From the human T2T-CHM13v2.0 reference genome, Homo sapiens: DNA of 64,000 nucleotides. Positions 1 through 17,535 of the stretch are shown piece after piece (position 1 is the stretch's first letter; every line of letters starts with the position of its first letter). Position numbers and translations under genes: made by a program. The DNA lies in the NCBI RefSeq assembly GCF_009914755.1, contig NC_060947.1; one strand, given 5' to 3'. The notes below the pieces were generated by a model. It was not told the origin of the DNA. It saw nothing but the letters and a program-made list of their open reading frames with translations, and did not search any database.

Positions 1-222
1 GTTGTAGGTAGCCACTCACGCATCTTGTACCCACGATAAACATTGTTAATCAGTCACAGAACATTTTCCTTCTGAGCATGGACTCAGCCACAGAACTTCA
101 CAACACAGTTTATTTAGGCAGCTAATATGAATGGATCAGAGTTGACATGCAAATTGAAACCTACTTGCCATGCTGGGGAATAATAACCTAAATGCTACCA
201 TGGATTAATCCAGACCATTCCC

Positions 223-819
223 TGTTGGGGTGATTGGACCCAACACCAGGTCTTGGGGGAGATGAAGTCCGTCGGACTCAAAGGAATGAGAAAAGACAGT
301 TTGAGAGAGAAAGTGGGACCAGGGGGCCATCACTAAGTATGGAGGCTGTGAAGGCCCCGAGCTCTGGAAGCCCAGACTATTTATTGGTGATCAAACAAAG
401 AAACAGGTGGTGAGAATGTGGGGTTGAAAAGGAGCGTTGCATTAAGCACATGATTTACAGCTGTGATGGTTTAGCATATGCTCTGCTACTTGAGATAACG
501 GAGAGCAGGTTCTTTTAACTCAAGATACAATCGCTCCTAGGAGAGCAAGGAGCCAGCAAGTCTAGACACATTCCAGGGCCATGAGGGGTTTTATGCCCTG
601 AGCCCTGGATTCTATCTAAGCAGGAGGGGTTTTATGCCCTAGGCTTAGATTATGGTGCAGCAGGGTAGCCTTCCACCCTTTAGCACAGAGCTTGGTGTTC
701 CAGAGGCCACAAGGGGTTTTAGACCATGGACCCCGGACATGGTCCAAGACTCTTTTACATTATGTCAGACATGCAAGCCCTGCATCAGCTTCTCCCAACA
801 CTCAGCTTTTCTCCCAACA
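223..819 (-). mobile_element. Solo LTR, ERVK class, LTR14B-like (HML-1)
   Basis: TG...CA ends; perfect 6-bp TSD ATTCCC at 217-222 and 820-825; the minus strand begins TGTTGGGAGAAAAGCTGAGTGTTGGG as recalled for LTR14B. Confidence 0.85.
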
Positions 820-1090
820 ATTCCCAACGTGTGTACAGTCTATGGAGTTGAACAGGAAGGTTTGTATAGTCATAGAATTGACTTAATGGACTGTGCTTTG
901 TGATTGTAACAATAGCTTACATTGAAGGAAACTGTGTAATTCTTTAGGACACTTATTTCCCACTTAGCTCACAACCTTATCTTTCTGAGGATTCAGGGTT
1001 TCTTTTGGCATTGAAAATCAAGAAAAACTGTAGTTCTCAAAATCAATCAAACAAGCAAACAAAACTCTGGCTTTTAGTTTATGAACACTG

Positions 1091-1405
<315 letters not shown>

Positions 1406-2181
1406 TTAAAATGATGGTGATTCTCTCTTGCTATGGGCATTCAGAAGCTTAGAGCCAAATCTCTGGCCCACCTTTAGCAAGGACATTTTCCTCTGTGCTA
1501 AGAAGGAAAAAGTTCAGGCTTGGTGACTTGTTTATTTTATCATTGGCTGCATTATTCTCTTTCCTTTAAACTTCCCTTTCCGTGGTTCCTTCAGCTATTT
1601 CTTTTATCCAATATTGTCTTTAATTTTGAAACTGCCTCAAATCATTTGTGGAAGAAGATGAGCTGTTGCTAACTACATAAAAATGAACACAGTAACTTAA
1701 TACAAACCATATTTGGTCCCAATTTTTGTTTCTGTTTTCAGGCAAGAAATGTCTTACATTTGAAACATTTTCTATACATGAGGCAGAATTCTCAGGGTCA
1801 GGGTGAACTTAATAAAAATGTTTTGTTGAAAAATTGTTCTTTTCTCTGTGCTCCTTCTAGCTCAACTTTGTGAATGTTCCCACTGTCTTCAAGGCAGAAA
1901 TAGAACAGAAGGTGGGAAAAGAAGGGAACTAATATGTGATTCTAAAATCTTTACTGTTTAAAAAAATAAAAGTGAAATATTTATTGCTGGTAGATGAAGA
2001 ATTATGTGTAGCAAATCTTGCTGCTATGAGAGGGAAAAAGTGTAGCTCTATACACAAGTAAAAAGGGCATACAAACAGTGAAGATTTATTGTGTAAAAGA
2101 CTGTAGTAAGTACTATAAATGTGGCTTCCTGTGTTTGCTGCCCAGAAATATCCTACTAATCAGATCAAGAAAGCCTGGCTA

Positions 2182-2510
<329 letters not shown>

Positions 2511-2945
2511 AAAATATGACATCCTAAATAACCACTGTGTTTAATGACATATCAGATTTTACATTCTAGTTCAAGCTTATCTCAGCTTGAACCAGAGTAC
2601 CTAGCAGTTCATAGGCTAGCACTTGAGTAGCACTGCCTTCTATCATTTATAGTTTAGTTCCTGGCATATAACTAAGCAGTCACTGAACAGATAAAGGAAT
2701 TAATGAATCATAAAATTATTCATTTAGCAATATTTAAAGGGTATTTGCTGATGCCCCAGGTACTGTGTTAACTGCCAGGAGTACAAAGTTGGGCAAATTG
2801 GTCAGAGTCCCTGCTCTTAGGGAATTTACATTATAGTAAACAACCAACCAACAAATAATCAAATAATTTCAAATACTGAGAAACACTATGAAGAAAATAA
2901 AATAGGTAATAGAGATGGAGAGGTGAAGCTGTTACTCAAAGTGTC

Positions 2946-3254
<309 letters not shown>

Positions 3255-3568
3255 TCAGAGTGTCTTATAGAACCTCAGGATTGCATCTCCTGGCAGCATG
3301 CTTGAAATCTAGAATCTCAAGTCACATCGCGGAACCACTGCATCAGAGTCTGCATTGTAACATGATCTTCGGGTGATCTCTGGGCACAGTGCAGATTGAG
3401 AGGCTCTGGATACAACTTCAGATATGGTTGTCAGGAAAAACATATCTAAAGAGGTGACATTTTAGCTAAGTACTGAATAATGAGAAAACTCCAGCCATGT
3501 AAAGATCCGAGTAAAGAGTGGTCCAAACAATGGGAACAACAAAAGAAAATGTTCAGAGACAGGAATGA

Positions 3569-4096
<528 letters not shown>

Positions 4097-4313
4097 TGAG
4101 TACAGAACTTTTTCTTTCTGAGCCTGGACAAAGCCCCCAAACTTCTCAACATAGTTATTCAGGCAGCTACTACAAATAGTTCAGAGTTAACATGTGAGTT
4201 GAAACCTATTTGCCATCCTGGGGAAAGATGATCTAAATGCTACCCTGGATTAAGCCAGACCATTGAGGGCTTGTGTATTCAAGTGAACAGAAATATGTTG
4301 ATGGTTCATGGAA

Positions 4314-4600
4314 TTTTTTTTTTTTTTGATACAGGGTCTCAGTCTGTTGCCCAGGCTGTAATGCCGTGGTGTGATCACGGCTCACTGCAGCCTCAGCCTC
4401 CCTAGGCTCAGATGATCCTCTCACTTCAGCCTCCCAAGTAGCTGGGACTACAAGCATACATCACCACACTCAGCTAATTTTGTAGAGATGGGGCTTCACC
4501 ATGTTGTCCAGGCCGGTCTCTAACTCGTGGGCTCATGCAATCCTCCTGCCTCAGCCTCCCAAACTACTGGGATTACAGGCCTGAGCCACTATGCCTGGCC
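4314..4600 (-). mobile_element. Alu (AluJ-like)
   Basis: Diverged antisense Alu. Confidence 0.9.
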
Positions 4601-4756
4601 AATTCATAGAATTGATTTAATGCACTGTGCTTTGTGATTGTGCCAACAGTTTCCATTGAGGGGATTTGGGTGTCACTCCTTATGACACATAGTTCCCACT
4701 AGGCTCACTACATCATCTTTATGAGGAAACTGTATTTCTCTCAGGACTAAAATTCA

Positions 4757-5445
<689 letters not shown>

Positions 5446-6859
5446 CTAAAAATGATTGCTATTTCCTCTTTTCTATGGCTATTCAACAGCTTAGTTAGGG
5501 TCAAATTTCTGGCCTACTTCTGACAACTGTTCTGGATCTGATGGAGTGCAAACTTAAATGTTAATCTTATCATTGGCCACATCATTCTCCTTCCATTAAG
5601 CTCTCCTTTCACTGGTTCCTTCCCCTATTTTTAAATCTACTAATGTCTATATTTTAGGACGCTGCCTCAAATCATTTGTGGAAGAAGGTGAAGTAGAACT
5701 ACTTGTATAAAAATAAACTCAGTAATTTATATAGACTGTATTTGGACCAATTTCTGTGAATTCATTTTTCAGGCAAAAAATGACTGACAGTTGAAACATT
5801 TTATAAATGAGGCAGAGTTCTCAGGGTCAGGGCGAGCATAATGAAAGTGTTCTGTTGAAAGTTGTTCTTTTCTCTGTGTTCCTTCTAGCCCAACATTTTG
5901 AATATTCTCACTGTCTTCAAGCCAGAAATGCAAGGGAGGAGAAGAAAAAAGAACTGTGTGATAGTAAAATCTTTATTGTTGGCATATGAAGCAATATAAG
6001 TAGCAAATTTTACTTCTACAAAGGGGGGAAATTATATATTTCTATACATGTGGAAGAGTAGATATTCAGTGAAGATTTTTTGATAATTTATTGTGTAAAG
6101 AAATGTACTAAATACTATAAAAGTGGCTTCCTATGTTTACTACCCCCAAATATTCCTACTAATGACCTGAGATTACCAACTCCTTTTCCACCTATTAACC
6201 TTTTGCCACATCTTCCCCAATTTTCTCATCCAAACCCAAGTTGGGGCAACTTCAGACTGTAAGCTTCTTGAGGCTTGTCTTGTTTGTCAGGGGAGCATGT
6301 ACTCAATAAATGAAATTTGCATGAATGAGTCAGAGATTTATGTACACAGGGGAAGAAAGCTGGTTATAGCTTCTTCATATTTTTCACGTGGACCCAGAGT
6401 TGTAAATTGAGGGAAGAAGGATAGCAGAGTAATCTCAAAGCACAAAGTGGGGGTGATGTCTTCACACGCCCTCAGCAGCAACGGGGCACTGGGTGCTTAG
6501 GAAAGCCCATCTGAAGGAGACATCAGGAAGTAGAGGAATTCTGTTTTTTCCACTCATCTGCCTAGTATTTAAGGTCGGCTAAGAGGCTAGAAGGAACACA
6601 TCCACAGTTCTGCTTTAGAGGATATGAAAATTGGGCTGGAAGGAACACGGGTCCACAGTTCGAGTTCAGAGGACATAAAAACTGGCTCAAAGAAACTCGG
6701 GTAAATTGGACATGAAAACTAGCGGGAAAGGACACGTTCAGTGTTTGTTTCCCTACTGAGTCACCTGTTCCCAGCACATAAAGTCGTGGTGTTTGGAGAT
6801 GGGAGGAACCGAGGGAAAGTCACTTTTTAGATAAGGCTCTGAAGCCCCAGGTCTAGTTT

Positions 6860-7620
6860 CAATCCACTAATGCGGCCAGCGGCGAGCAGGAGGAGGGAGG
6901 ATTGGTCCGGCGGGGGCGGGGCCAGAGCAGGGCTCAGAGGCGTGGCCCAGGCTAGAGGGAAGAGCCCAGGGGGAGCGCAGAGGCGGGGCTAGGAGGGAGC
7001 AGGGGTGAATGGGGGCGTGGCCCGGGCGAGAGGGGCGTGGCTGTAGCTAAAGGGGTGTGGCCAGGGTGGAGGGCAGAGACTGGCACAGTTTGGTTGGGCG
7101 TGACCGGGGCAATAAGTACGGACGTAGTGGGGCGTGGATCTGCCAGGTGGGGGCGTGGCCTCCATTGAGGGGCGTGGCCCTGGTATGTGGGGCGTAACAG
7201 GGCACGAGGGGGCGTAGCTTCGATGGCCGGACGTGCAGGCTGCGGATCCCCGTAGGCGAGCGAGCGGCTAGGTTCGTGATCTGGAGAGACGCTCAGGTAA
7301 GGACGGGTGGCCGAGAGGAGTGGGGGGCGACCAGGGACAGGCCGATCCAGACAGGGCCGTGATTCTTCCCACGACTCTCCGCTCTGGCGCACCGGGTTCC
7401 GGAGCTAGGAGAGCTGTTGATCCTGCGAGTATTGTCTGGGTCCCGGCAGGGCGCCCGGGAGTACTGAGTGGGGCCTAATGGGGTGTCGAACTCCCCCACC
7501 CCAGCCCTCTTCCTCCACTATGGGAGTTACCAAACGGCTGTCATCCTTTAAGGTTCTTTGCACAGGACGCGATAACAGCTGTTCCAGAGAAAAGGGGGTG
7601 GGGGCGCGGGAGAGCAGTTC
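6860..7620 (+). promoter_or_regulatory. CA5B: CA5B CpG-island promoter
   Basis: Sharp GC/CpG rise; inverted CCAAT (ATTGG 6901-6905); GC box GGGGCGGGGCC 6913-6923; array of GGGGCGTGG motifs; no TATA box. Confidence 0.85.
7214..7296 (+). other. CA5B: CA5B non-coding exon 1 (5' end approximate)
   Basis: Strong donor CAG|GTAAGG at 7296/7297 inside the CpG island; the TSS cannot be fixed from sequence alone. Confidence 0.75.
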
Positions 7621-9683
7621 CTTGGTAGGTAGGGTTGCCAAGGTTGGCTGAATCCAAATAACTCCAGAAAGTCCAGCCTTCTGTGAAATAGCTAGAGACG
7701 GGGGTAAGGGCGACAAATCTGAGGTTGCGGTTCCAGAAACCGAGGCTCAGTAAACTGGAACTCCCTCAGATCTGCATTGTATCCGCACCACCCACTATGC
7801 TAGGGGCTGTGGAGAGACTCACAGCCACTCACCCCCAAGACAGGGTATCAGCATCACAACTGTGCCATGCGGGCAAATCTGAGCTTTCTTCACCCTGCAG
7901 TTCTTTCTTCTGGCCTTTTTGTTTTGTGCTCAGCCCTAAAGCTGAAGGAGAGGAACCTCCAAATACAAACCTTGTTGGTTTTCGTGATTCTTGTGGCATT
8001 CAATGTTAAATGCTTCTGCCCCGAGGCTTGTGGCAATTGGTTAATATTGATGTCAGTGCCCTTCCCTCCTGTGTATTTTCGCTGGGAAAGTTTGAGAGAT
8101 AAGGGGAGTTGATGTGTACAACTTAGTTTGAAAAGAACTTGTTCTCTCCTAGCCACTGAAAACCGCGTTGCTTTCTGCTTCCCATTCTTCCTTTACTGAT
8201 AATCTGGCCATCACTCTGCTGTTTAAAAGTCTTGCTAGAGTATGGAGACAAGTAGTGCTATTTCTGTGGTGAGAGAAGCTGCCCCAGAGCATACCCTTGA
8301 ATTGTCCCTGCACATCTCTCAGGAGTGGCCACTCTTCTTGGGTATGTTGGAAGTGGAAAACCGTAAAGCTTTCTAGGAATATTTTTTACTGAGGTTTTTT
8401 TTTTTTTTTAACCTCAGCATCAGGGTTGGAATTCACTGAAATGCCAAAAGCAGCAAGGGCACCGTTCTCTGTGCCTGTACACACCTGCCCTCTTCTCCCT
8501 GGAGCCAGGCAAAAAGCTGCAACCACTCACAATTGGAACGCAGTAAAGGTTGAGTGAATTGTGAGTGAATGAATGAATATGAATATTTGGGAAATTTGAC
8601 GGAAAGGGGAAAATGCATTTCATCTGATTGGTGGCACTGGGCAATTAATTGCAGCACAAAGAGCAGTTATTAGAAACATATTCTGAAACCTTTGGCTACC
8701 ACACATTGGGATCATGCTCCCAGGGAAGAAGTGGGTGAGAGGGGGAAGCTGAGCTTTCTCAGTCAAGATATCGCAGCATAATCTCTAATTTAGATTTCAG
8801 GGAATTGCAAAAAGGCTTGTTGCCTTTTGAAATCAGGTGGTGATCAAAGGAAGGGTCCATCTGTTGAAAATGAAGGAATTTTTTTCCAATGTAATTGTAA
8901 CCTTTAGTCAGAGTACATTCTTTTTTTTCTGTCTGTTTTGCCTACATATGAATGGCTTAATCAGGCAGAGTTCAAGCTGCTTGTCATTTAATAAATACAA
9001 GATTTATGAATGACTCATTGAGGGCTTTCAAAATCTTTGTTTCCACGCATTTCTAAGTCTGGAAAACAGCTAAGGGGCAGGTTAGCAAAATCCAAGGATA
9101 TACATAAATCATCAGTGATGGCAAAGAGTATATAACACAGAAAGCTCCCCTGTAGTCCATCGAGCCCAGGGACCCATCTTTATGGACAAACTTATGTACG
9201 GACAGATTCTCCCTGAAATACAGTAATGTATGGTATTAGTTGATATGTGCTGTGTTTGCTGGTTAAACATTATTTTTGGTTTCACAAACTTGGGTTTTAT
9301 GAATGCAGTGAGTAAGTTTAAATAACCAACTCTTAAAAAACTATAACTTCTAATTTAACAGAGAGGATAGACCTTAGGCCTGAACAAAAATAACCTCATG
9401 TATTGTTATAGGTATTGCAATCAAGCATTAGCTAAATTGAATTTCTGTTTACTTGGATTTTCCTGGAACCTCCTCACCTGGATCTTCCAAGCTCTGCGCC
9501 TTCCTTGATTGCCTTTGACCGTTCTCAGTCTCAGCATCCTTCATGGCTCCTTTTTGTGAGTCTCCCTTGATATACCTGTAACTGCTGGGAGGAGGGGATT
9601 CTCTTTCTATCTGTAGCTTCCTGACTGCTCCTGAGCACCAGAGCTGTGTTGCCAACTCTCTCCTAGACCTTTCCTCTCAGCTA

Positions 9684-10347
<664 letters not shown>

Positions 10348-10419
10348 TCCCATTTGATTAGAGGTATGACCTGCCATCATCTTTCCCTTCCCTGTTTCTC
10401 ATGACAGGTTTGTGGGGGA

Positions 10420-10719
10420 TTTTGTTTGTTTGTTTTTTTTTGAGACAGTGTCTCGCTGTGTCGCCCAGGCTGGAGTGCAGTGGCACGATCTCAGCTCACT
10501 GCAACCTCTGCCTCCTGGGTTCAAGCAATTCTCTGCCTCAGCCTCCCGAGTACAGGCGCCCGCCACCACGCCTGGCTCATTTTTGTATTTTTAGACAAAA
10601 ATCTCTAGACGAGGTTTCACCATCTTGGCCAGGCTGGTCTGGAACTCCTGACCTCTTGATCCACCCGCCTCGGCCTCCCAAAGTGCTGGGATTACAGATG
10701 TGAGCCACTGTGCCCGGCC
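10420..10719 (-). mobile_element. Alu
   Basis: Antisense Alu with small internal indels. Confidence 0.93.
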
Positions 10720-10929
10720 TAACAAATTCTATTTTTCTGTACAGGGATTCATCCTCGTCTTACTGCTAGCATCACTCCAGCCATTAAATGAGATCTTCCT
10801 CCACTTCTTCCTTTTATTCTCCTTTAACTGAGTGACAGACCCTACATTTTAAAAATCACAATGGCTATCTTTGAATACCAAGTACCCTGTCCAACTATAC
10901 TGTCACTGCCCAGTTCAGTGCTTCATATT

Positions 10930-12470
<1,541 letters not shown>

Positions 12471-13831
12471 AAAAAGAATAAAAGAGTGATAGACTGAATG
12501 AAGGTTGGTTAAAGGAATCACCTCCTCACTGACTTTCCTGGCTCCACTCACTCCCATCCATCCCGTACTCCATTGTCAGAGTCATCAGAAACCATCACTG
12601 CTTTCTCCTGTACCCATGGAATAATATCCAAAAGGCTTCCAGTCTCTTGGAAGTTCATATTCCCCAAATTAATCTCAAATCCTCATCTAGCCCCACCTCC
12701 TGCTGCATCCCCTGGGCATCTGCTTGGCCAGTGCATTGACAAATATTAATAGCAGACTTGGAATGATGGGAAGTTCAGAAATACTCTTGGCTTTCTTTCA
12801 GAAAAACAGGTTTGAGGTTTGTGGGGTTTTGTTTTTGTTTTGTCTAAAGGAGAAAAAGAAAATCTTCAGAGTCAGGGTCCCCTACAGTGAGATCAGCACC
12901 ATTCTGGGGCACAGATAGAGGTCCAGACTTTTGGACCACTACAAGCAATCTACCACTGAGTGTGGAGGAGAATGACTGAGAGGGTGAAGGTGAGGATGAA
13001 GTCAGGCCCTCTGGAGCCCTCCTGCCCCCTAGCCCTAGAGAGTCAGTCTGGATGTACAGGAGAAACTTCCTCTAGGCCAGGCGTCATTGGCCTCCAGCCT
13101 TGGTGTCATGCAGACAGTGTGATTGCAGAATGGAGGGCAGTCCTCAAGGCATGACCATGGCCCTGGCCGTCAGCCCCAGCCTGCCATGCCTCAGTGCTTT
13201 CCGGATGGCTCTCTGTGGAGCAGAGTCAAGGGTCATTTCCCAGATGTCTCTGAATGCCATGCTAACAGGCCTCAGACCCACCCCCGACCAACAGCCTCTT
13301 GTGCAGGGCCCTGTGCCTTGGCCTCATGTGTGTTCACTCATCTGTTTGTACAGCTCTCCTGGCTGGCGGCCATGCCCTTGGCCTTGTCTTATCACAACCT
13401 TCCCTTTGAAGGCAGAGCCCACACATCCTTTCTGTTGACTTTGCATTGTACTTGCCATCATCTTCCCAAAAATTACTATGTCTCATTCTAACTCGATTGT
13501 GAGCAAGAAAGGAGGCCTTTTCCACTTGTTTGCCCACATCCCCCTGATACTGGAATTGTTTATTGAGTAAACCTAAAGTTCTTCCCATTTTGACTCCAAT
13601 TGTTCTCTTCAGCATTGGGGCCTCATCATCCCCTGCCACCTCCTCATCATCGCGGAAGGTTCCCCTGTCCATCCCTCTGCCTTTGCCTCCCTGTTAAATT
13701 GTCTCTCTCCTACAATACATTTTTCAGATGCCACCCTTTCCTGAAACTTAGAGCCCCTGCGCCACATATTCCCATTGCACTAAATCAAGGCCGTCATTGT
13801 GTCCAGCTTTGATTAAGAAATTTCTGTTTAT

Positions 13832-14166
<335 letters not shown>

Positions 14167-14169
14167 TTA

Positions 14170-14480
14170 TACTAAGTAAAATAAGCCAGTCACAGAAGGA
14201 CAAATACCGTACGATCCCACTTACGTGGGGTATCTAGAATAGGCAAATAAATACACAGAGACAAAGTAAAAGCGAGATTGCCAGGGGCTAAGGGATAGAG
14301 GAGGAGTTATTGTTTAGTGAGTACATAGTTTATGTTGGGGATGATGAAATAGTTTTGGGTACAGATGGTGGTGATGGTTGCACAACATTATGAATGTATT
14401 TAATGCCACTGAATTTGTACATTTACAGCTGGTTAAAATGATAACTATTATATATGTTTTATCACAATTTTTAAAAGGTA
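14170..14480 (+). mobile_element. L1M (L1MB-like) 3' end fragment
   Basis: AAGCCAGTCACAGAAGGACAAATAC ... GATGGTGGTGATGGTTGCACAACATT motifs. Confidence 0.8.
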
Positions 14481-14963
14481 ACAAAAAAAGAAGTATTTGT
14501 TTAAATAGTTTTTCTTTGTAGATTGCAAGCTTGTGGGAGTGGGGAAAGAGCATGATCTTTTCATCTTTACACAGCACAGTGCTCGACATGAGATAATCAC
14601 TCACTGTTCCTTCAGTTCAGGACTGGAAATCAATGGAAAGGAAGAACAGTTAAGGCAAGCTTTCCCCATATCTTTTAGAAGGTTTTGAAATTTCATTTTA
14701 ATGTCAAATCAGTTTTATCAGAGGGAATCCTGATTAGTTGCAGTTGTTTGTTTGGGGATATTTATTGACTTTAAAAGAAAACAAAAAAATGATACTAAAA
14801 GTCGTCCAAAATGACTATTTTCATAGCTTTTTGCATTTATATGATGGGTAGCATTTTAACAAAATCAATTTGAGTAATAATAACTTGTATTTATATAACA
14901 CTTAGCAGCTTTTTCAAAGAGCTTTCATAGCTTGCACCATTTGAAGCCACAGAAAGCGTCAAC

Positions 14964-15281
<318 letters not shown>

Positions 15282-15399
15282 AAACTTCTTGTATAGTGTA
15301 ACTGAGCAACTATTTTTCCTGCTCCTTGGGTTCTAGATTCTTGCATAAATTTAAGGGTGTACTTTAAGCATTAATCTTAACCATTTCAGTTCATATTAT

Positions 15400-16362
15400 T
15401 GTAACCACTCAAGGGATTCTTCCTGCCTGCTGCACAAAGAAAGACCACGGGGCATTGTAACCGCCCAGTGGGTTCACATTGCCCGCTGCCTGGACAGAAT
15501 CGATTTACCAAGACAGGGGAATTGCAATGGAGAAAGAGTAATTCACATAGAGCCAACTGTGTGGGAGACCAGAGTTTTATTATTAAATCAGTCTCCCCGA
15601 GCATCCAGGGATCAGTTTTTAAAGATAATTTCGCGGGTAAGGGCTTGAGAAGTGGGGAGTGCTGATTGCTCAGGTTGGAGATGGAATCATAGGGGGTTGA
15701 AGTGAGGTTTTCTTGCTGTCTTTTGTTCCTGGGTAGGATGGCAGAACTGGTTGAGCCAGATTACGGGTCTGGGTGGTGTCAGCTGATCCATCAAGTGCAG
15801 GGTCTGCAAAATATCTCAAGCGCTGATCTTAGGTTTTACAATAGTGATGTTATCCCAAGGAGCAATTTGGGGAGGTTCAGACTCTGAGCCAGAGGCTGCA
15901 CAACCCCTAAACTATAATTTCTAACCACTAGCTAAGTTGTTAGTCCTGCAGAGGCAGACTCGTCCCCAGGCAAGAAGGGGGTCTTTTTGGGAAAGGGCTG
16001 CTATCAATTTTGTTTCAGAGTCACACCATGAACTGAATTCTTTCCCAAAGTTAGTTCGGCCTATGTCCAGGAATGAACAAAGACAGCCTAAAGGTTAGAA
16101 GCAAGATGGAGTTGATTAGGTCTGATTTTATTCACTGTCATAATTTCCTCAGTTATAATTTTGCAAAGGCGGTTTCAGCATTGTAGTAAAGAAAGAGTTT
16201 AAGTAGACACGAGGCTGGCCACACCATGTGGGAGATGGAATTAGTACTGAAATAATCTCCTCCAAAGCTCATAGGTTACGGGTTTTTCAAAGGCAGTTTA
16301 GGGGAATGGGTGGAGGTGGCTAGGCTTGCTGCTGATTGTTTGAGGAGGAGATGAGATCAAAG
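15400..16362 (-). mobile_element. Partial ERV1 LTR of the MER4 group (MER4D/MER49-like), host of the LTR8
   Basis: Starts TGTAACCACTCAAGGG and resumes TGTAGTAAAGAAAGAGTTTAA after the LTR8. Confidence 0.65.
15456..16177 (-). mobile_element. Solo LTR8 (ERV1)
   Basis: Minus strand starts TGAAACCGCCTTTGCAAAATTATAACTGAGG; 4-bp TSD GCAT at 15452-15455 and 16178-16181. Confidence 0.88.
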
Positions 16363-16389
16363 TGTCCTTTGATTTCAAAAATACAATGA

Positions 16390-16600
16390 GGGATAAGTTG
16401 ATAGGATGTCTGGGAATTTGCTTCAAAATAAGCTGGGGAGGAAAAATGGCAGGAGGGGGGGTAGAAGATGTATAAATAAAACTTGATTGGCCATGAACAG
16501 ACAATTGTTGAAATGGAATATTGGGTACATGGGTGGTTTTATTATAGTGTTCTCACTATACTTGTATAAAATTTAAGTTTTCCATAATAAAGTTTTTCTT
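16390..16600 (+). mobile_element. L1MC-like 3' end fragment
   Basis: GATGTCTGGGAATTTGCTTCAAAATAA ... TTCCATAATAAAG. Confidence 0.65.
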
Positions 16601-16715
16601 TGTTAAGAAAAACAAAGCAGAGTGAGATTCTAAATTGAAGTTGCCAATGGCCTATTGTTCTTTAAGTCTGCTCAGTTAATTCAGTTAAGGAAGTTATTTG
16701 AAAACAGGGTGCTAA

Positions 16716-17367
16716 TGACGCGGCTTTGTTTTCTGGGGTAAATACCCTGGGTTCGGTGTCTCACACGGAGAAGATTAACGACAGGGACACACACGTGGAG
16801 TTCAGGAGAGGAAAGTTTAATAGGCAGAAGAAAGGAGAGAGGAGAGCAGCTCTTTCTCTTGCGAGAGGAGAGCAGCTCTCTCTCTTGCAAGAGAGGCGTC
16901 CAAAAATGGGACAAGTGGCGGACTGCAGCAGATTTTATAGGCAGGCTTGAGGAGGCGGTGTCTGATTTACATAGGGGCCACAGATTGGTTCGACCAGGTG
17001 TGACATTTACATAGCACGCAGGAAGGCTGGTCGCCCCACCCTAATCTTATTTTGCAAAGGGGCTTTCTACTTGGCCAGTGCCATCTTGTCTGCTCCTTAC
17101 TGTACACTTAGCTGGCAAAGGGAAGATGAAGCCGCCATTTGGAACATGCCTAGTCCTATGTAGTATTTTTCTATTGGCACAACTGCCAGCATTCACCTGT
17201 GCAAGCTTCCAGCTTGCTTGTCTATGTCTGCAGCTCAATTTTACAGGCTGCTCTTTGTTAGGAAAGAAAATGATTTGGGGGCTGCTTTTTATTAAAAGGA
17301 AAACCTTACTGAGGACTCCCATATCCTCACTATCTGCCTAAGTAATTTCTTCTTAACTCCTATATCA
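16716..17367 (-). mobile_element. Solo LTR, MER50-like (ERV1)
   Basis: Minus strand starts TGATATAGGAGTTAAGAAGAAATTACTTAGGCAGATAGTGAGG; TG...CA ends; near-TSD CTAA/CTAT. Confidence 0.8.
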
Positions 17368-17535
17368 CTATTATTTAGCTCAAGGCACCATCAAGATAAT
17401 CCCTTGAAAGTTGATTACCAGTCCATGTTTGATATCCTGAGTCAAACATTTGCATCTCTTAAATAAGGTGCATTTTGACATACATGCTCCGTTCAAAAAT
17501 GTATATACACAAACACACACATAAAACTATAAGCA

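Noticed and set aside
7012-7217. Repeat-and-variable-spacer pattern resembling a CRISPR array
   Set aside because: Cores are 9 nt and spacers about 11 nt, in a mammalian promoter with no cas genes; better explained as Sp/KLF sites
6952-7392. 146-aa Pro-rich minus-strand ORF across the CA5B promoter
   Set aside because: Expected from stop-poor GC-rich CpG-island sequence; no recognisable domain
12900-13672. GC-richer patch in intron 1 with overlapping 112-122 aa ORFs and a small GGCATG...CATGCC stem
   Set aside because: No recognisable protein, poly(A) tail, TSD or convincing splice sites
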